A stretch of 64,000 nucleotides of DNA from Octopus vulgaris. Taxonomy: Eukaryota. The DNA lies in contig OX597834.1 of NCBI GenBank assembly GCA_951406725.2, positions 18,042,001 to 18,106,000 on the forward strand, written 5' to 3'. Under the pieces are notes generated by a model that made no database searches, was not told the DNA's origin, and saw only the letters and a program-made list of their open reading frames with translations. Position numbers and translations under genes: made by a program. Position 1 is the stretch's first letter. Each line of letters opens with the position of its first letter. Shown here piece by piece: positions 12,864-25,404 of the stretch.

Positions 12864-13282
12864 GGCACAGGAGTGGCTGTGTGGTAAGTAGCTTGCTAAC
12901 CAACCACATGGTTCCGGGTTCAGTCCCACTGTGTGGCATCTTGGGCAAGTGTCTTCTGCTATAGCCCCGGGCCGACCAAAGCCTTGTGAGTGGATTTGGT
13001 AGACGGAAACTGAAAGAAGCCTGTCGTATATATGTATATATATATATGTGTGTGTGTGTATGTGTTTGGGTGTCTGTGTTTGTCCCCCTAGCATTGCTTG
13101 ACAACCGATGCTGGTGTGTTTACGTCCCCGTCACTTAGTGGTTCGGCAAAAGAGACCGATAGAATAAGTACTGGGCTTACAAAGAATAAGTCCCGGGGCC
13201 GAGTTGCTCGATTAAAGGTGGTGCTCCAGCATGGCCGCAGTCAAATGACTGAAACAAGTAAAAGAGTAAAAGAGAAAAGAGA
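12864..13282 (+). mobile_element. Full-length tRNA-derived SINE (family A) with internal TA/TG microsatellite
   Basis: Box A tggctgtgtggt, box B ggttcagtcc, body cttgggcaagtgtcttc, tail ...actgaaacaagtaaaagag. Many close copies in the window. Confidence 0.9.
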
Positions 13283-13747
13283 GTATGTTTGTGGAATACT
13301 CAGCCACTTGCATGTTAATTTCACGAGCAGGCTATTCCATTGATCAGACCAACTGGAAGCCTCGTTGTCATAAGTGATGGAGTGCTAGTTGTAAGAAACA
13401 TGATAAAACTACAGAATCTTGCATACATGGAAGAGAAACAATGTATGTATTTCATTTTTATAGCATATTCCAGTAGAAAGAGACATAGTCCGAAAGGGAG
13501 AAAGTATTTTCTAGAGGTGAACTACAACAGAGATTAACATAGTCACATTCAAATCTGTCAAAATGTGTTAAGAATGAATATGGACATCATCATTAGGATT
13601 CTTGCTGCCTTACGTGCTTGTTATGAGGTTGGGTGTTGTAGGTTCTTCTTTGTCAAGTCACCATTTTTATGAGGTTGAGTTGTGAGAAAGATTGACGTAA
13701 TATCTTTATTAATTGACTGTAAGATCAAGTTGGTTTTTTGGGGTTTT

Positions 13748-14120
13748 TTTTTACTTGTTTCAGTCATTTGACTGCGGCCATGCAGGAGCACCACCTTTAG
13801 TCGAGCAAATCGACCCCGGGACTTATTCTTTGTAAGCCCAGTACTTATTCTATCGGTCTCTTTTGCAGAACCGCTAAGTGACGGGGACGTAAACACACCA
13901 GCATCGGTTGTCAAGCAATGCTAGGGGGACAAACACATACATATATATACATATATACGGCAGGCTTCTTTCAGTTTCTGTCTACCAAATCCACTCACAA
14001 GGCATTGGTCGGCCTGGGGCTATAGCAGAAGACACTTGCCCAAGATTCCACACAGTGGAACTGAACCCGGAACCATGTGGTTGGTTAGCAAGCTACTTAC
14101 CACACAGCCACTCCTGCACC
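13748..14120 (-). mobile_element. SINE family A
   Basis: Reverse-complement match to 12864-13282. Confidence 0.9.
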
Positions 14121-14705
14121 TATATATTGCATATATTACAGCAAAAGTAAACTTGTGAATGCTTAATAACAATTTTATTAGGAGAAGATTATGCATTTAT
14201 CAGACATTAATTTCCAAATTCTCACTGCTGACCAGAACAGTATGTAGGAATTGACTTAACAGCATTCAGTCGGCCATTTGTTATCTGGAAAGCGAAAGAC
14301 CAAAGACATGAGTCTGCTATAATTTATTAAGGTTCTTTTCCTTGTTTGTTGGACAAGAGCCAAGATCTGCCCTGCATGAATGCCAACAACATTCTGCTAT
14401 GATTTAAGCACCAAACTGATTAAGTGTGGAAAACAGGCATGGATCTCAAGAACATTTGCGATGCTGTTCATGTGTTAGCTTGAAACTGATTATCCAATTC
14501 TTAAATTGTTCACATGAAACTCGCATAGCCCAATTATAGCTTACTCATGGACATAAACTGATAATTTCACATTCGGGGTTCAAATCCCTATATGATATGA
14601 TGGAAGTATTCTATTTAAATGTGAATACATGGATACAAGAGGTTTTGTATCCTTGAAGCAGAGGTGGTTTCACGTGAACTGATGTCAAAAAAGCTTCATT
14701 TAAAC

Positions 14706-15014
14706 CAGAGGTTCTCAACCATTTTTTACCTATGGACACCCTTTGATTCCTATTATACTCCACTGGAGCCCCATTGCCATTCAATGCTTAAAAAATCTTA
14801 TATTTTAATAATTAAATATTTACAGGAACTGTATTTTAAAAATTGTTTAAATATTTTGTGTATTGTATATGTATATGCAATTTCCTGCACATAAATTTTA
14901 ACAAGATCTTAAATAGACCCCACCAAGGGTCATATTGACTCCCAAGGGCCATATTGACTCTCAAGGGCCATATTGACTCCCAAGGGCCATATGGACCCCT
15001 GTTGAGAACCACTG
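14706..15014. mobile_element. hAT (Charlie-like) MITE
   Basis: TIRs cagaggttctcaac / gttgagaaccactg; 8-bp TSD atttaaac/atttaagc; internal ~20-bp tandem repeat caagggccatattgactcc. Confidence 0.88.
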
Positions 15015-15464
15015 ATTTAAGCATGTAACAGATGAAAAATAAAGTTAACTCTGGTAAGATTTGAACTCAAAACCTACAAGGACAGAACTAAATATTAAGT
15101 GACACTTAGGTCATTGCTCTGCTACATTATTCAGTAAATGTTTATATTAATTTCTGTGTGATAATTTCAATGAATTTTGAATATTCAGTTCTGACTGTTG
15201 TGTTCGGCTGAAAGGTAATGAATAATCAATCATCAAACAATGCTTTCTGCTTTAATTAAGTCTATACACTGTATGTGTGTAAGGTGTATTGTTTATTATA
15301 TATACATATTTGTGTGTGTGTGTGTGTATGTGTGTCAAACTATCGAAACCATGCAAGCATAGAGAACAGATGTTTGATGATGATGACAATGATATATATA
15401 TATTGTATGTATGTGTATATATATATATATATCTATATATATATATATATATATATATATTTAA

Positions 15465-15882
15465 GTATGTGAATGAATTATCCTAGTATTGATAATTCGG
15501 TTAATCGATACCTGGGTAGCAAATTCACGTCAGAAAACACGGTTGAAGCTACATGCCAAGGGTAGAAACCCCGTGTTCTTGTGTGGTAATTTGTGTATTA
15601 TTTAAAATGAATAAAAGAATGGAGTCGAATGAAGATTTTAACACGATTCCTTTACTTTCAACACATATTTCGAAGACTGCATATTCTTAATTCCGAAGGA
15701 ATAAAGTGTGCATTATGCCGTCTTCTCATCAGGAAAGACAAGGAAAATCAATCAGCCTCAAGATGGACAAAAACTTTTCTATGGCTTGCTACATAATGTT
15801 CACAGTCTTCGAAACATGTGTTGAAAGTAAAGGAATTGTGTTAAAATCTTTGTTCGACTCCATTCTTTTATTCATTTTAAAT
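15465..15882. mobile_element. Fold-back Penelope-type element with hammerhead motif
   Basis: Inverted arms 15600-15679 and 15803-15882, lying between TA tracts. Confidence 0.7.
15655..15737 (-). ncRNA. Type I hammerhead ribozyme motif (CUGAUGA core, long stem II)
   Basis: ctttc-CTGATGA-gaagac[42 nt]gtcttc-GAAA-tatgtg-TT-gaaag; stem I ctttc/gaaag; predicted GUU site. Confidence 0.7.
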
Positions 15883-15895
15883 ATATATATATATA

Positions 15896-16810
15896 TCAGG
15901 TTCAGTAAAAAGTAAGCAACGTTTTGAACTATGAAGAATTTGTACTGGATTTTTGCAGAGTTTCGAATTTTTTAAAACATTTCTTAGCAATTGTCTGATA
16001 ACACAGACATAGACTTGCCCAAATGCATCAATAAATTAACATTGGTATTTTTTTCTCCATTGTTACAAACATCTGAAACGGAACTGTCAAAGGGCGATAT
16101 TCGAGCAATTTTGCTATTAACTTCAAAAAAGGACATAAACCAGCTGAAACTGCTTATGATATTAACGAAACATTTGGTGAGAAAATGACCAGTGAGAGGT
16201 CAGCTCGAAGATGGTTTAAACGATTTTGCAGTGGAGACCTGAGCCTTGAAGATTATTAGTGTAGCGGATGCCCATTTGTCATCAATGACAGTCAATTAAA
16301 GACTGTCATTGAGAAAGATCCATGTAAAACCACTGAAAAACTGGCAAAAGAACTTCAAGTTAGCCATAAAACTGTTTGCAACCATTTGAATGAAAATCAG
16401 AAAATGCACAGATATGAACTTTGCTCATCGCTTCTTCTCTGTAACCAGACTGATCCATTTCTTAACCATATTGTAACTTGCAATGAAAAATGAATTCTGT
16501 ACAATAATAAAAAAAGGTTCTTTGCAGTGGTTGGACCAAAATGAGGTGCCGAAAACCTTCCCTAAACCTGAGTTCTTCAAAAAGAATGTTATGGTGACTA
16601 TTTGGTGGTGTACTGCTGGACTATTCCACTATAACTTCTTAAAACCCAGAAAAAACCATTACAGCAGAAACATTTTGCCATGAAATTGCCAAAATGAATG
16701 AAAAACTGCTACTCCTCCATCCCAGACTGGTCAACAGAAGAGGGCCAATCATTCTTCATGACAATGTTCGACCACACATGTCACTTATGACACTCCAGAA
16801 GTTGAGGGAA
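15896..16810 (+). pseudogene. Mariner (DD34D-type) transposon remnant, 3'-truncated
   Basis: Translation ELSKGDIRAILL..FKKGHKPAETAYDINETFG..RRWFKRFCSGDLSLED..PFLNHIVTCNEK*ILYNN..VMVTIWW..IILHDNVRPH, with stops and frameshifts. Confidence 0.92.
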
Positions 16811-16902
16811 CCAGACTTGTGCCTGATGGGGTAACTTTCTAGGTGCAATCCCATGGTCTGTGTCGTGACCGAACGGGGTCTCAGGATATATATATATATA
16901 TA

Positions 16903-17132
16903 TTTCTTTATTGCCCACAAGGGGCTACACATAGAGGGGACAAACAAGGACAGACAAAGGGATTAAGTTGATTACATCGACCCCAGTTACGCACTGGTAC
17001 TTAATTTATCGACCCCGAAAGGATGAAAGGCAAAGTCGACCTTGGCGGAATTTGAACTCAGAACGTAACGGCAGACGAAATACAGCTACGCATTTCGCCC
17101 GGCGTGCTAACATTTCTACCAGCTCACTGCCT
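16903..17132 (-). mobile_element. SINE family B (variant tail)
   Basis: ctggtacttaatttatcgaccccgaaaggatgaaaggcaaagtcgacc plus a tRNA-like head on the minus strand. Confidence 0.85.
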
Positions 17133-17976
17133 TTAAATATATATATATATGACGAGTTTCTTTCACTAACATTGGTTCTCAAGTGATGGGGGCAGGGGAT
17201 AATCACAGACACACAAATACACACATACACACACAAGCATATATATATATATATATATATATGTCCGATGGCCTTCTTTCAAACTTCTTACCACACAGCC
17301 ACTCCTGCGATATGTATGTTTGTGGGTGTGTATATGAGTTTGTGCCTTACCACTGCTTGACAATCAGTGTTGGTATGCCCATAGCTTAGCAGTTTGGCAA
17401 AAGAGACTGATAGAATAGGTACCAGGCTTTCCAATGAAAAAAAAAATTAATAATAAGTACGTGGGTCAATTTGTTTGACCAAGATTCTTGAAGGCAGTGC
17501 CCTAGCATGGCCACAGCCTAATGACTGAATCTTGTTAAAGTTAAAAGCTGAAAGATAAAAGATTGAGGTTGTCTTGTAGGCATCAAGCCTAGTCATTGAC
17601 TAATACTTAATTTTATCAACCCCAAGAGGATAAAAAGTAAAGTTGACTTCTGTTGGATTTGAACCCAGGAACATTAATAGCAAAGAGTAAACAATTCTAC
17701 CAATTTTCTGCTTCATTTAAAACCAGTCAGTGTGAAAATGTTTCAGTGGTAAGCTTGCTATTGGTGCAATGAAAGTTTTTCCATCAAATAATAAATGTTT
17801 AAATGAAGTTAGCATCATTTGTGTTTTTGAATGGCTAAAATGTGTGTCTCCAACACTGTAATTGTTTTAGTTTCAGCACATGGTTTCAAATGAAATAATT
17901 TGCCAGACAAGTATGTCTCTGAAATTTGTGTGTGTGTATGTGGGTGTGTGTATATAAATGTATGTATGGGTATGTA

Positions 17977-18010
<34 letters not shown>

Positions 18011-18184
18011 CCGGAGTAAACACATAAATGTGAAACAAGGTGGAAAAAAGAGTACTCAAATACCAGTGGTAGAGTAATATGCTTTATTTAAAGCAGCAGA
18101 AAATTCAACAAAACCTGTTACTCTGAGTTTCCCGTTGCCGGGAAACTCAGAGTAACAGGTTTTGTTGAATTTTCTGCTGCTTTA
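18011..18184. mobile_element. Fold-back element (same family as 45517-45746)
   Basis: Perfect ~46-bp arms 18089-18134 and 18139-18184 with a ttgc loop, between TA tracts. Confidence 0.8.
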
Positions 18185-18202
18185 TATATATATATATATA
18201 TA

Positions 18203-19110
18203 TTGGGTCATCCCATAAGTAATGTGGGCTTTTTTTTATACTTCTTTTATTTATCAAAATTAAGATAAACAAAGTTCTTTTTTAATCTAAACCATACTCT
18301 CCTTCATTTTCTACAATGCTTTACCATCTACCTGGTAGACTTGCAAGACCCCTCTTCCAAAATTCACTTGTCCGTGACAAAGACTACTACTCCAAAAATA
18401 CACCTACAGAATTCATATTTTTTCCGTCCAAATGAGTTTGAAGACTGCAGAATAAATGATAATCAGATGGGGCAATGTCTGGTGAATATGATGGGTGGGG
18501 CAGCGTTTCCTATTCAAACTGCTCCAGCCTCTGGAATGTCATTCTCGCTGTATGTGGCCAAGCATTATCCTGATGGAAGAACACATTTCATCTTGAAACC
18601 AATTTCCTGATTTTTCTGATGGCATGCAGGTGTCGATGAATGGTTGAATGACCAAGTCCAAGCTTCTCTGCTAGCTCCTCAACAGTTACAATGGGATTTT
18701 CTTCCACCAGGGTTTGCAGGACATCCTTGTCGAGCTCTACAGATCTCTCAGGACAAGGCTCATCTTCTAGACAGTAGCTTCCAGCTTGGAATTTCTGGAA
18801 GCACCGTTGACACTAGCTTATGTTTATTGTTCAATCCTCATATACTGCATGATATTCCTCGTGCTTTCCATTGTGTTGTTGCCTTTGTTAAACTCATAAA
18901 GCAAAATATGCTGAATATGCTCCTTTGCTACTTTCATTATAGCTTTGAAAAAATAGCTGTTAAAATCGAACTGCACTCTTCAAAACTTGCACTAAGAATA
19001 AGTACAGGGTAAAATTAATAGTAAGTTGATGCAGGTAGATTATCCTGTCCCTCTGTGGTTTTTAGTTCCTGCAATTGAAAAAAGCGCACGTTATTTATGG
19101 AATGACCCAA
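18203..19110 (-). mobile_element. Internally deleted mariner element with both TIRs
   Basis: TA-ttgggtcatcccataagtaat ... ttatttatggaatgacccaa-TA. Minus strand encodes HQDNAWPHTAR..LPHPSYSPDIAPSDYHLF and an N-terminal HTH remnant. Confidence 0.92.
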
Positions 19111-19234
19111 TATATATATATATCATCATCATCATCGTTTAACGTCTGCTTTCCATGCGAGCATGGGTTGGACGATTTTGACTGAGGGCTGACAAACCAG
19201 ATGGCTGCACCAGGCTCCAATCTTGATTTGGCAG

Positions 19235-19285
<51 letters not shown>

Positions 19286-19836
19286 AGAGAGAGAGAGAGA
19301 GACATATATATATATATATATACACACAAATGTATGTATGTATGTGCGTGTGTAGATATATATATATAGTTATATTTAAGGAAGAATACAAGATAAACTA
19401 TTTTCCCTCGGATTAAAGGTTGCACTTATAAGTGCTCAAGAAATTGAGCCTTGAGACAAAAGATAAATATATAAGTGAGAATAACACCAGATAATTCAGT
19501 CCACAAACAATAATCCAACACGCTTCCATCAATAGAATTGATATAGGAGAATCATCAGAAGCACATACTTAATTATTACATAGAATATATTAAAATACTT
19601 AGATTCAGTAAAAATATATTGGGTAATTGATACATTTAAAAATATACTTTCTTCCCGGATTTTTAACCTTGATTTCATTTCAATAATTTCATTTTTATTG
19701 CCACCAAACATTTTTATGCCACCAAACAGGAACAGTAATATCATTAAAAACATGAAATTGTTATGATACTTTGGACTATAATTGATGAGGATTTAACAAC
19801 ATTCTATGTGTGTATTTTCTATTTGTTCCATTTGTT

Positions 19837-20185
19837 TGTTGTGTCTGGGGAGAGTCATTCTCTTTAAGTGCCTTATTATTTAACTCACTCACCGGTAAAA
19901 TTTCCACTTATTTCTTATTTTTATTCTCTAAAAACGCAGTGTAAATAACGGACAGAGTCAAGACTATTGAAAAGGTTGCAAGACGCAAGGAAAATTTTAG
20001 AGAATAAAAATAAGAAATAAGTGGAAATTTTACCGGTGAGTGTGTTAAATAATTAGGCACTAAAAGAGAATGACTCTCCCCAGACACAACAGAATATGCT
20101 TCAACACACGAACTCATATAAAGAATCCTGCGAACCAAATCCAAAAACGAAATCCATTTGTTTGTACTTCTATATAATTTTTGAA
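19837..20185. mobile_element. Fold-back Penelope-type element with variant hammerhead motif
   Basis: 97-bp inverted arms 19837-19933 and 19995-20091; the right arm is extended. Motif at 19964-20000. Confidence 0.7.
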
Positions 20186-20236
20186 CACACACATATATAT
20201 GTATGTATAGAGTGCTCGAAGTGATGTACAGATATA

Positions 20237-20386
20237 TATTAAGAAGAAGGAGGAAGTCAGAATTTTGGATAATTCTTTTATTAGTACTTTTGTCTGTTCA
20301 ATCAAACTCTCCAGATTGAACTCAATTGAGCAGACGAAAGCACTAATAAAGAATTATCCAAAATTCTAACTGCCTCCTTTTTAATA
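20237..20386. mobile_element. Fold-back element with 3' half hammerhead motif
   Basis: Arms ~20237-20302 and 20325-20386; cagac-GAAAG-ca-CTA followed by aataaa. Confidence 0.6.
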
Positions 20387-20998
20387 TGTGTGTGTGTGTG
20401 TGTGTGTGTATGCATCTTTCCCTGATTTATATTAGTGCAAAACATAAATATTGATGAGAAAAGTGAATAAAAAACGGAATATCATAAAAAGCTTTCCAAC
20501 TTCTAACCTCTCTTAGACTGTCTCTTATCACTGCCACACTACGCCAAACATTTCACCAGAAACACAGCAGACTAATGATTGTCTCATAGAAAACCGTTAT
20601 CAAATAATGTTATTGTTCACAAATTATGATACAAATTAAATACAGAATAAATATTACGCTTGTGCTGACCGATAGGATCATTATATTATCATTTATTAAC
20701 ATTGTTGTTAATATGTTAATTTAAACATTAGCATGGACGATATCGGACAGGATGATATTAAATGGACAATGATCCTCAAGCTATTTTCTCAGCCTATTTG
20801 AGTGTTCACCACTCTTCATACGAGTGAATACAACATATTCAACACATCACGCTCTCCTGATTACTCTCTGGAGTCCACAGATCTTTTCCTGTTAATGCAT
20901 TTTACCATCTAACATTACAATCTTGAAACATGCTTTTTGCAGTCCTTTTTTTTTTCACATAGAAAATGAGAGCGAGAAAGAGAAAGACAGATAGAAAC

Positions 20999-21002
<4 letters not shown>

Positions 21003-21084
<82 letters not shown>
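21003..21084. repeat. (GA)n microsatellite
   Basis: Perfect GA tract. Confidence 0.97.
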
Positions 21085-21085
<1 letters not shown>

Positions 21086-21949
21086 ATGACAGGCAGAAAG
21101 ACAGAGAAAAAAAACCCCTCTTTTTTAACACACTTGAAGTAACATTCTTTGAACTACAATTAACCCTTTCAGATTATTGCTGCAATTATACTATTACTAT
21201 AATAAGCTTGTTGCATCATTAATTAGATCACCTAGACAATGGAAAGATAGCCATCAACTACATTTGGTGAACAATTCACAAATCTCATTTGATCCATGGT
21301 GACTTTACTGCTAATTCGTTTCTATCTTCTACATTAAATTTATGGTCCTCTCCCAGATTTGCTAAGTTTTCTCTGCATCACTTATAAACCCATTATTTAC
21401 ACATCCCTTACTTACTTCTTTTCTATATATACGTAGCGGCAAGATTACATGCCAAATGGCTGTAGTTTTATGGTTTCACTTATAATCTAATAATTTGGTT
21501 TTTGGTTTTTGAACGAGATTCTTTCAACCACAAGCTTCAGTTTTATTGCATTATGGTGGCTTGTGTGCTTGGATGACCCTGAGAGTTATACCAGCAGAAT
21601 ACAAACTCCTGATAGGGGGCAGACTAATATTAATCACCTCTTTCAAGAAATGAAAATGGATTTGTGTAGAGCCAACGTACCTATCTAGAAAAAAGTAAAG
21701 TTACTGAAGCGAGAACCAAGTTATTGGGAAGCAAACTTTTTAGCACACAGCTGTGCCTGCACCTATCAATGTATGAAGCTTATGAGAACATCGAAATTTT
21801 GTATTTCCTTGTTATTCCTTCAATGATAATATGGAATAGTAGGGTACTGATAGCAGAACTCTGGTGAATATCTGTCTATTCAAAATATTCCTCACTCCAT
21901 TCCCTGCAAATCTTAATCTTTCTTAGAGAATCCTCATATGTGATTCAAA

Positions 21950-22420
21950 CAGCTTTTAAAAGCTATTCATCTCTACATAGTTCTCTTAACCCTTCCAAGT
22001 ATATAAATCACTACTTCCTTTGAGTTCTGTTGATTCACATAAACTTTTGAACACTGTCAAGATCTTTCACCAACTCAAAGACAATAAATTACAATATTTG
22101 TTCTCCACCACAAGATGTTTCTGTTAATTCATGACCTAATCCAACCTAAACTTCATCTTATCCAAGATAACTCTACCTGGCATTAAATTGACTGAAAGTA
22201 TCTCAACAATTTTCAAAACATGATCTTTCAATTTAAGTCCTCCATAAGTGCTCTTTTCCAGACCTTGCATGGAGTACAAATACACACACATATGCACACA
22301 TGCATGCATGCACACACACACACATGCATGCAGGCACATGCACATACTATCAAGGTCCTACTTACTCCTTTCCTACATCCCGTATAAGGCCACCTCCTCT
22401 CAGATGTCTGTTTATTATGA
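21950..22420 (-). pseudogene. Highly decayed RTE-like reverse transcriptase fragment
   Basis: YGGLKLKDHVLKIVE...RVILDKMKF resembles the YRGLKL..HVMKV.E...I.LDEMQFGF motif at the start of non-LTR RT. Confidence 0.5.
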
Positions 22421-22511
22421 TACATCTTTGCTAGTCTTTATGGATGACACCCTTTTATATTATAAATATACATTAGAGAGACATAGGTAGGATGGGTGTG
22501 TACAAGTGTGT

Positions 22512-22547
<36 letters not shown>

Positions 22548-22932
22548 ATGTGTGTGTGTGTAAGATCCTATAATAAAAGTTATAATAGACAAAGTAATTA
22601 TGGCGGTTACTGAATACATCATCACCAGTAAAACAATAGTAACAGTACCATTAACTTGCTACAATGTTCAAATGTTTCAAATTATTGTTGACCAGATGTA
22701 GAACTCCAGCAATAACGAGGGAGTCTCTTTGTGGTTCATTGACCTACCATCTTACAAAACGGGAGTGTGCAGTTCCTGATATAATAAAAACACAGGGTGG
22801 TCACATCTGGAATACAACTGATGCTATGTGGTTGGTAGGAAATAATTGGTGTGAAAGCTGGTTATATACACATGAATATGTAAGTAGATTGGTAGGGAGG
22901 GAGGTACATAAGTAAGCTAAGAGATAATTAGG

Positions 22933-22963
<31 letters not shown>

Positions 22964-22968
<5 letters not shown>

Positions 22969-23158
22969 TAATCCAAACAAGAAAGCACAAAAAAACACAA
23001 CAACGCGAGGGCGTGGAACAAATATAGTATCATTGGACGCTCAGGAAAGACGGAAAGAAGGAGGGTTTAATGTTTCGAGCGGAGCTCTTCATCGGAAAGA
23101 TCCAGAGAAGGGAAGACAAAGGAAAAAAAATCGCCAACGGTACACACGAGATCACATT
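22964..23158 (-). mobile_element. Short TA-embedded element with minimal hammerhead motif (also at 43263-43450 and 61366-61585)
   Basis: Minus strand ttt-CCGATGA-a-gagc-tcc-gctc-GAAAC-ATT-aaa at 23065-23098. Confidence 0.7.
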
Positions 23159-23182
23159 TATATATATATATATATATATATA

Positions 23183-23586
23183 CTCTTTACTCTTTTACTT
23201 GTTTCAGGCATTTGACTGCGGCCATGCTGGAACATCACCTTTAGCCGAGCAAATCGACCCCAGGACTTATTCTTTGTAAGCCTAGTACTTTTTCTATCGG
23301 TCTCTTTTGCTGAACCGCTAAGTCATGGGGACGTAAACACACCAGCATTGGTTGTCAAGTGATATTGGGGGAACAAACACAGACATACAAACATATACAC
23401 ACATACATATATATATATATACATATATACGACAGGCTTCTTCCAGTTTCCGTCTACGAAATCCACTCACAAGGCTTTGGTCAGCCCGAGGCTATAGTAG
23501 AAGACACTTGCCCATGGTGCCACGCAGTGGGAATGAACCCGGAACCATGTGGTTGGTAAGCAAGCTACTTACCACACAGCCACTCA
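23183..23586 (-). mobile_element. SINE family A
   Basis: Reverse-complement match to 12864-13282. Confidence 0.88.
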
Positions 23587-23783
23587 TATATATATATACA
23601 CACACACAGAGAAAAAGTAGAGAGAGAGGGAGAGCAATATGCTTGCATGAGTGAGTGTACACACGCCGTGCAGCTTGTGCAAAGGCATTTATACATCCAT
23701 ATCTCTTAATGGTTATTTCTAAAACTTTTCTCACTGTATTGCATTTTCATTTCTTTTTTCGCATCTGGGATTTTTTTTGTGAT

Positions 23784-24242
23784 CTTACTCTTTACTTGTT
23801 TCAGTCATTTGACTGTGGCCATACTGGGGCACCGCCTTTAGTCGAGTAAATCGACCCCGGGACTTATTCTTTGTAAGCCCAGTAATTATTCTATCAGTCT
23901 CTTTTGCCGAACCACTAAGTGACGGGGATGTAAACACACCAGCATCGGTTGTCAAGCAATGCTAGGGGGACAAACACAGACACACAAACACACACACATA
24001 CATACATATACGACAGGCTTCTTTCAGTTTCCGTCTACCAAACACAGACACACAAACACACACACATACATACATATACGACAGGCTTCTTTCAGTTTCC
24101 GTCTACCAAATCCACTCACAAGGCATTGGTCGGCCCGGAGCTATAGCAGAAGATACTTACCCAGGATGCCACACAGTGGGACTGAACCCGGAACCATGTT
24201 GTTGGTTAGCAAGCTACTTACCACACAGCCACTCCTGCGCCT
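23784..24242 (-). mobile_element. SINE family A with internal ~69-bp tandem duplication
   Basis: aaacacagacacac...ccgtctacc is repeated head-to-tail at ~23971-24108. Confidence 0.88.
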
Positions 24243-25404
24243 TCTCTAGAAATGAAAACATATCCTTTGTTTTGCTGCTTTTCTTTCCATAAAATTAGAA
24301 GATACTTTGCGGAACTGTTATTTTAATTAGTTATATCTATTTATTACCTGATGAGACACAATGAAATTGCTGCTCTTGTGTCAAAAGGTTTGGCCAAACT
24401 GATCTTTACGTTCACCGATTCTGGTATTTCTGTGTCAGTTAAGTCATATCTTTCATCATCTATGTTTTATCTTTTACTCGTTTCAGTTATTGGACTGTGG
24501 CCATGCTGGGGCACTGCCTTGACGGGTTTAGTCAGACTGACCATAGTACATATCTTTTAAGGTGGATACTTATTCTCTCAGTTTCTTTTGTTGAACCACT
24601 AAGTCATAGGGATCAACACCAGCTGTCAAGCAGTGGCAGGAGACAAACACAACACACACACACACACTTAAACACGCATACACAGACACACACGTGTAGA
24701 GAGAAAAAGAGACAACAGGCTTCCACATAGTTTCCATCTACCAAATTCAACCATGAAGCATTGGTTAATCTGGGGTTATAATAGCAGACTCTTACCCAGG
24801 CCTGAACCTGAAACCACATGATTACAAAGTGAGCTTCTAAACCACACAGCCATGTCTATATTTTCTCCTCAAGAAATCACAGTATTTGCCATTGATGTAA
24901 GCATTCATGGTGATAATTAATTACAAACAAATGTTCCTTTGGTTGACACAACACAATCACAATGTCTTTCTTGTATTCTGATAGGGATTATTTATACGCT
25001 ACGGTGTTTAATTATGGTTTAATAGAAATCTTGGAAAGAATTAGTAAGAAATATGTAAATTCAATGACCCATTCTCTGCTAATGAGGCTAATTATAGATA
25101 TAAATACTTATAATTAGTCCCAAATTAGTGTGATGAGTTTTGAAAATAAGGTAATGGAGTGCAAAGTCATGAATCATGATATCACATCTAATTCAAGGAT
25201 ATATTTCCCTTTTTTAACAATATATTCACTTCGGTATGTTTTGGTTTGGATTATAGCTGTTTGGGAATAGACATATAAAATTTTTGGTAAAATTTTGTTC
25301 CAAATTTTGGCACAAAGTCAGCAATTGTGTGTGGGGGATACTTATTTTAATGACTCCAAAAGGATGAAAAGTAAGGTTGACTTTAGCAGCATTTGAACTT
25401 AGAA

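Larger units (their letters stand above)
12376..13390 (+). mobile_element. SINE family C2 split by two nested insertions
   Basis: Pieces 12376-12532, 12793-12862 and 13283-13390 join into the sequence seen uninterrupted at 57840-58162. Confidence 0.8.

Noticed and set aside
13098-13343. Recurrent ORF MTTDAGVFTSPSLSGSAKETDRIST (also 13621 and 62121)
   Set aside because: Translation of SINE family A, not a gene family.
13612-13716. Possible minus-strand exon (ttacag...GTAAGG)
   Set aside because: In-frame stop and no recognisable protein similarity.
19510-19565. Minus-strand CTGATGA...GGAAGCGTGTT hammerhead-like motif
   Set aside because: GAAA is disrupted and the stems do not close on the core; too degenerate to call.
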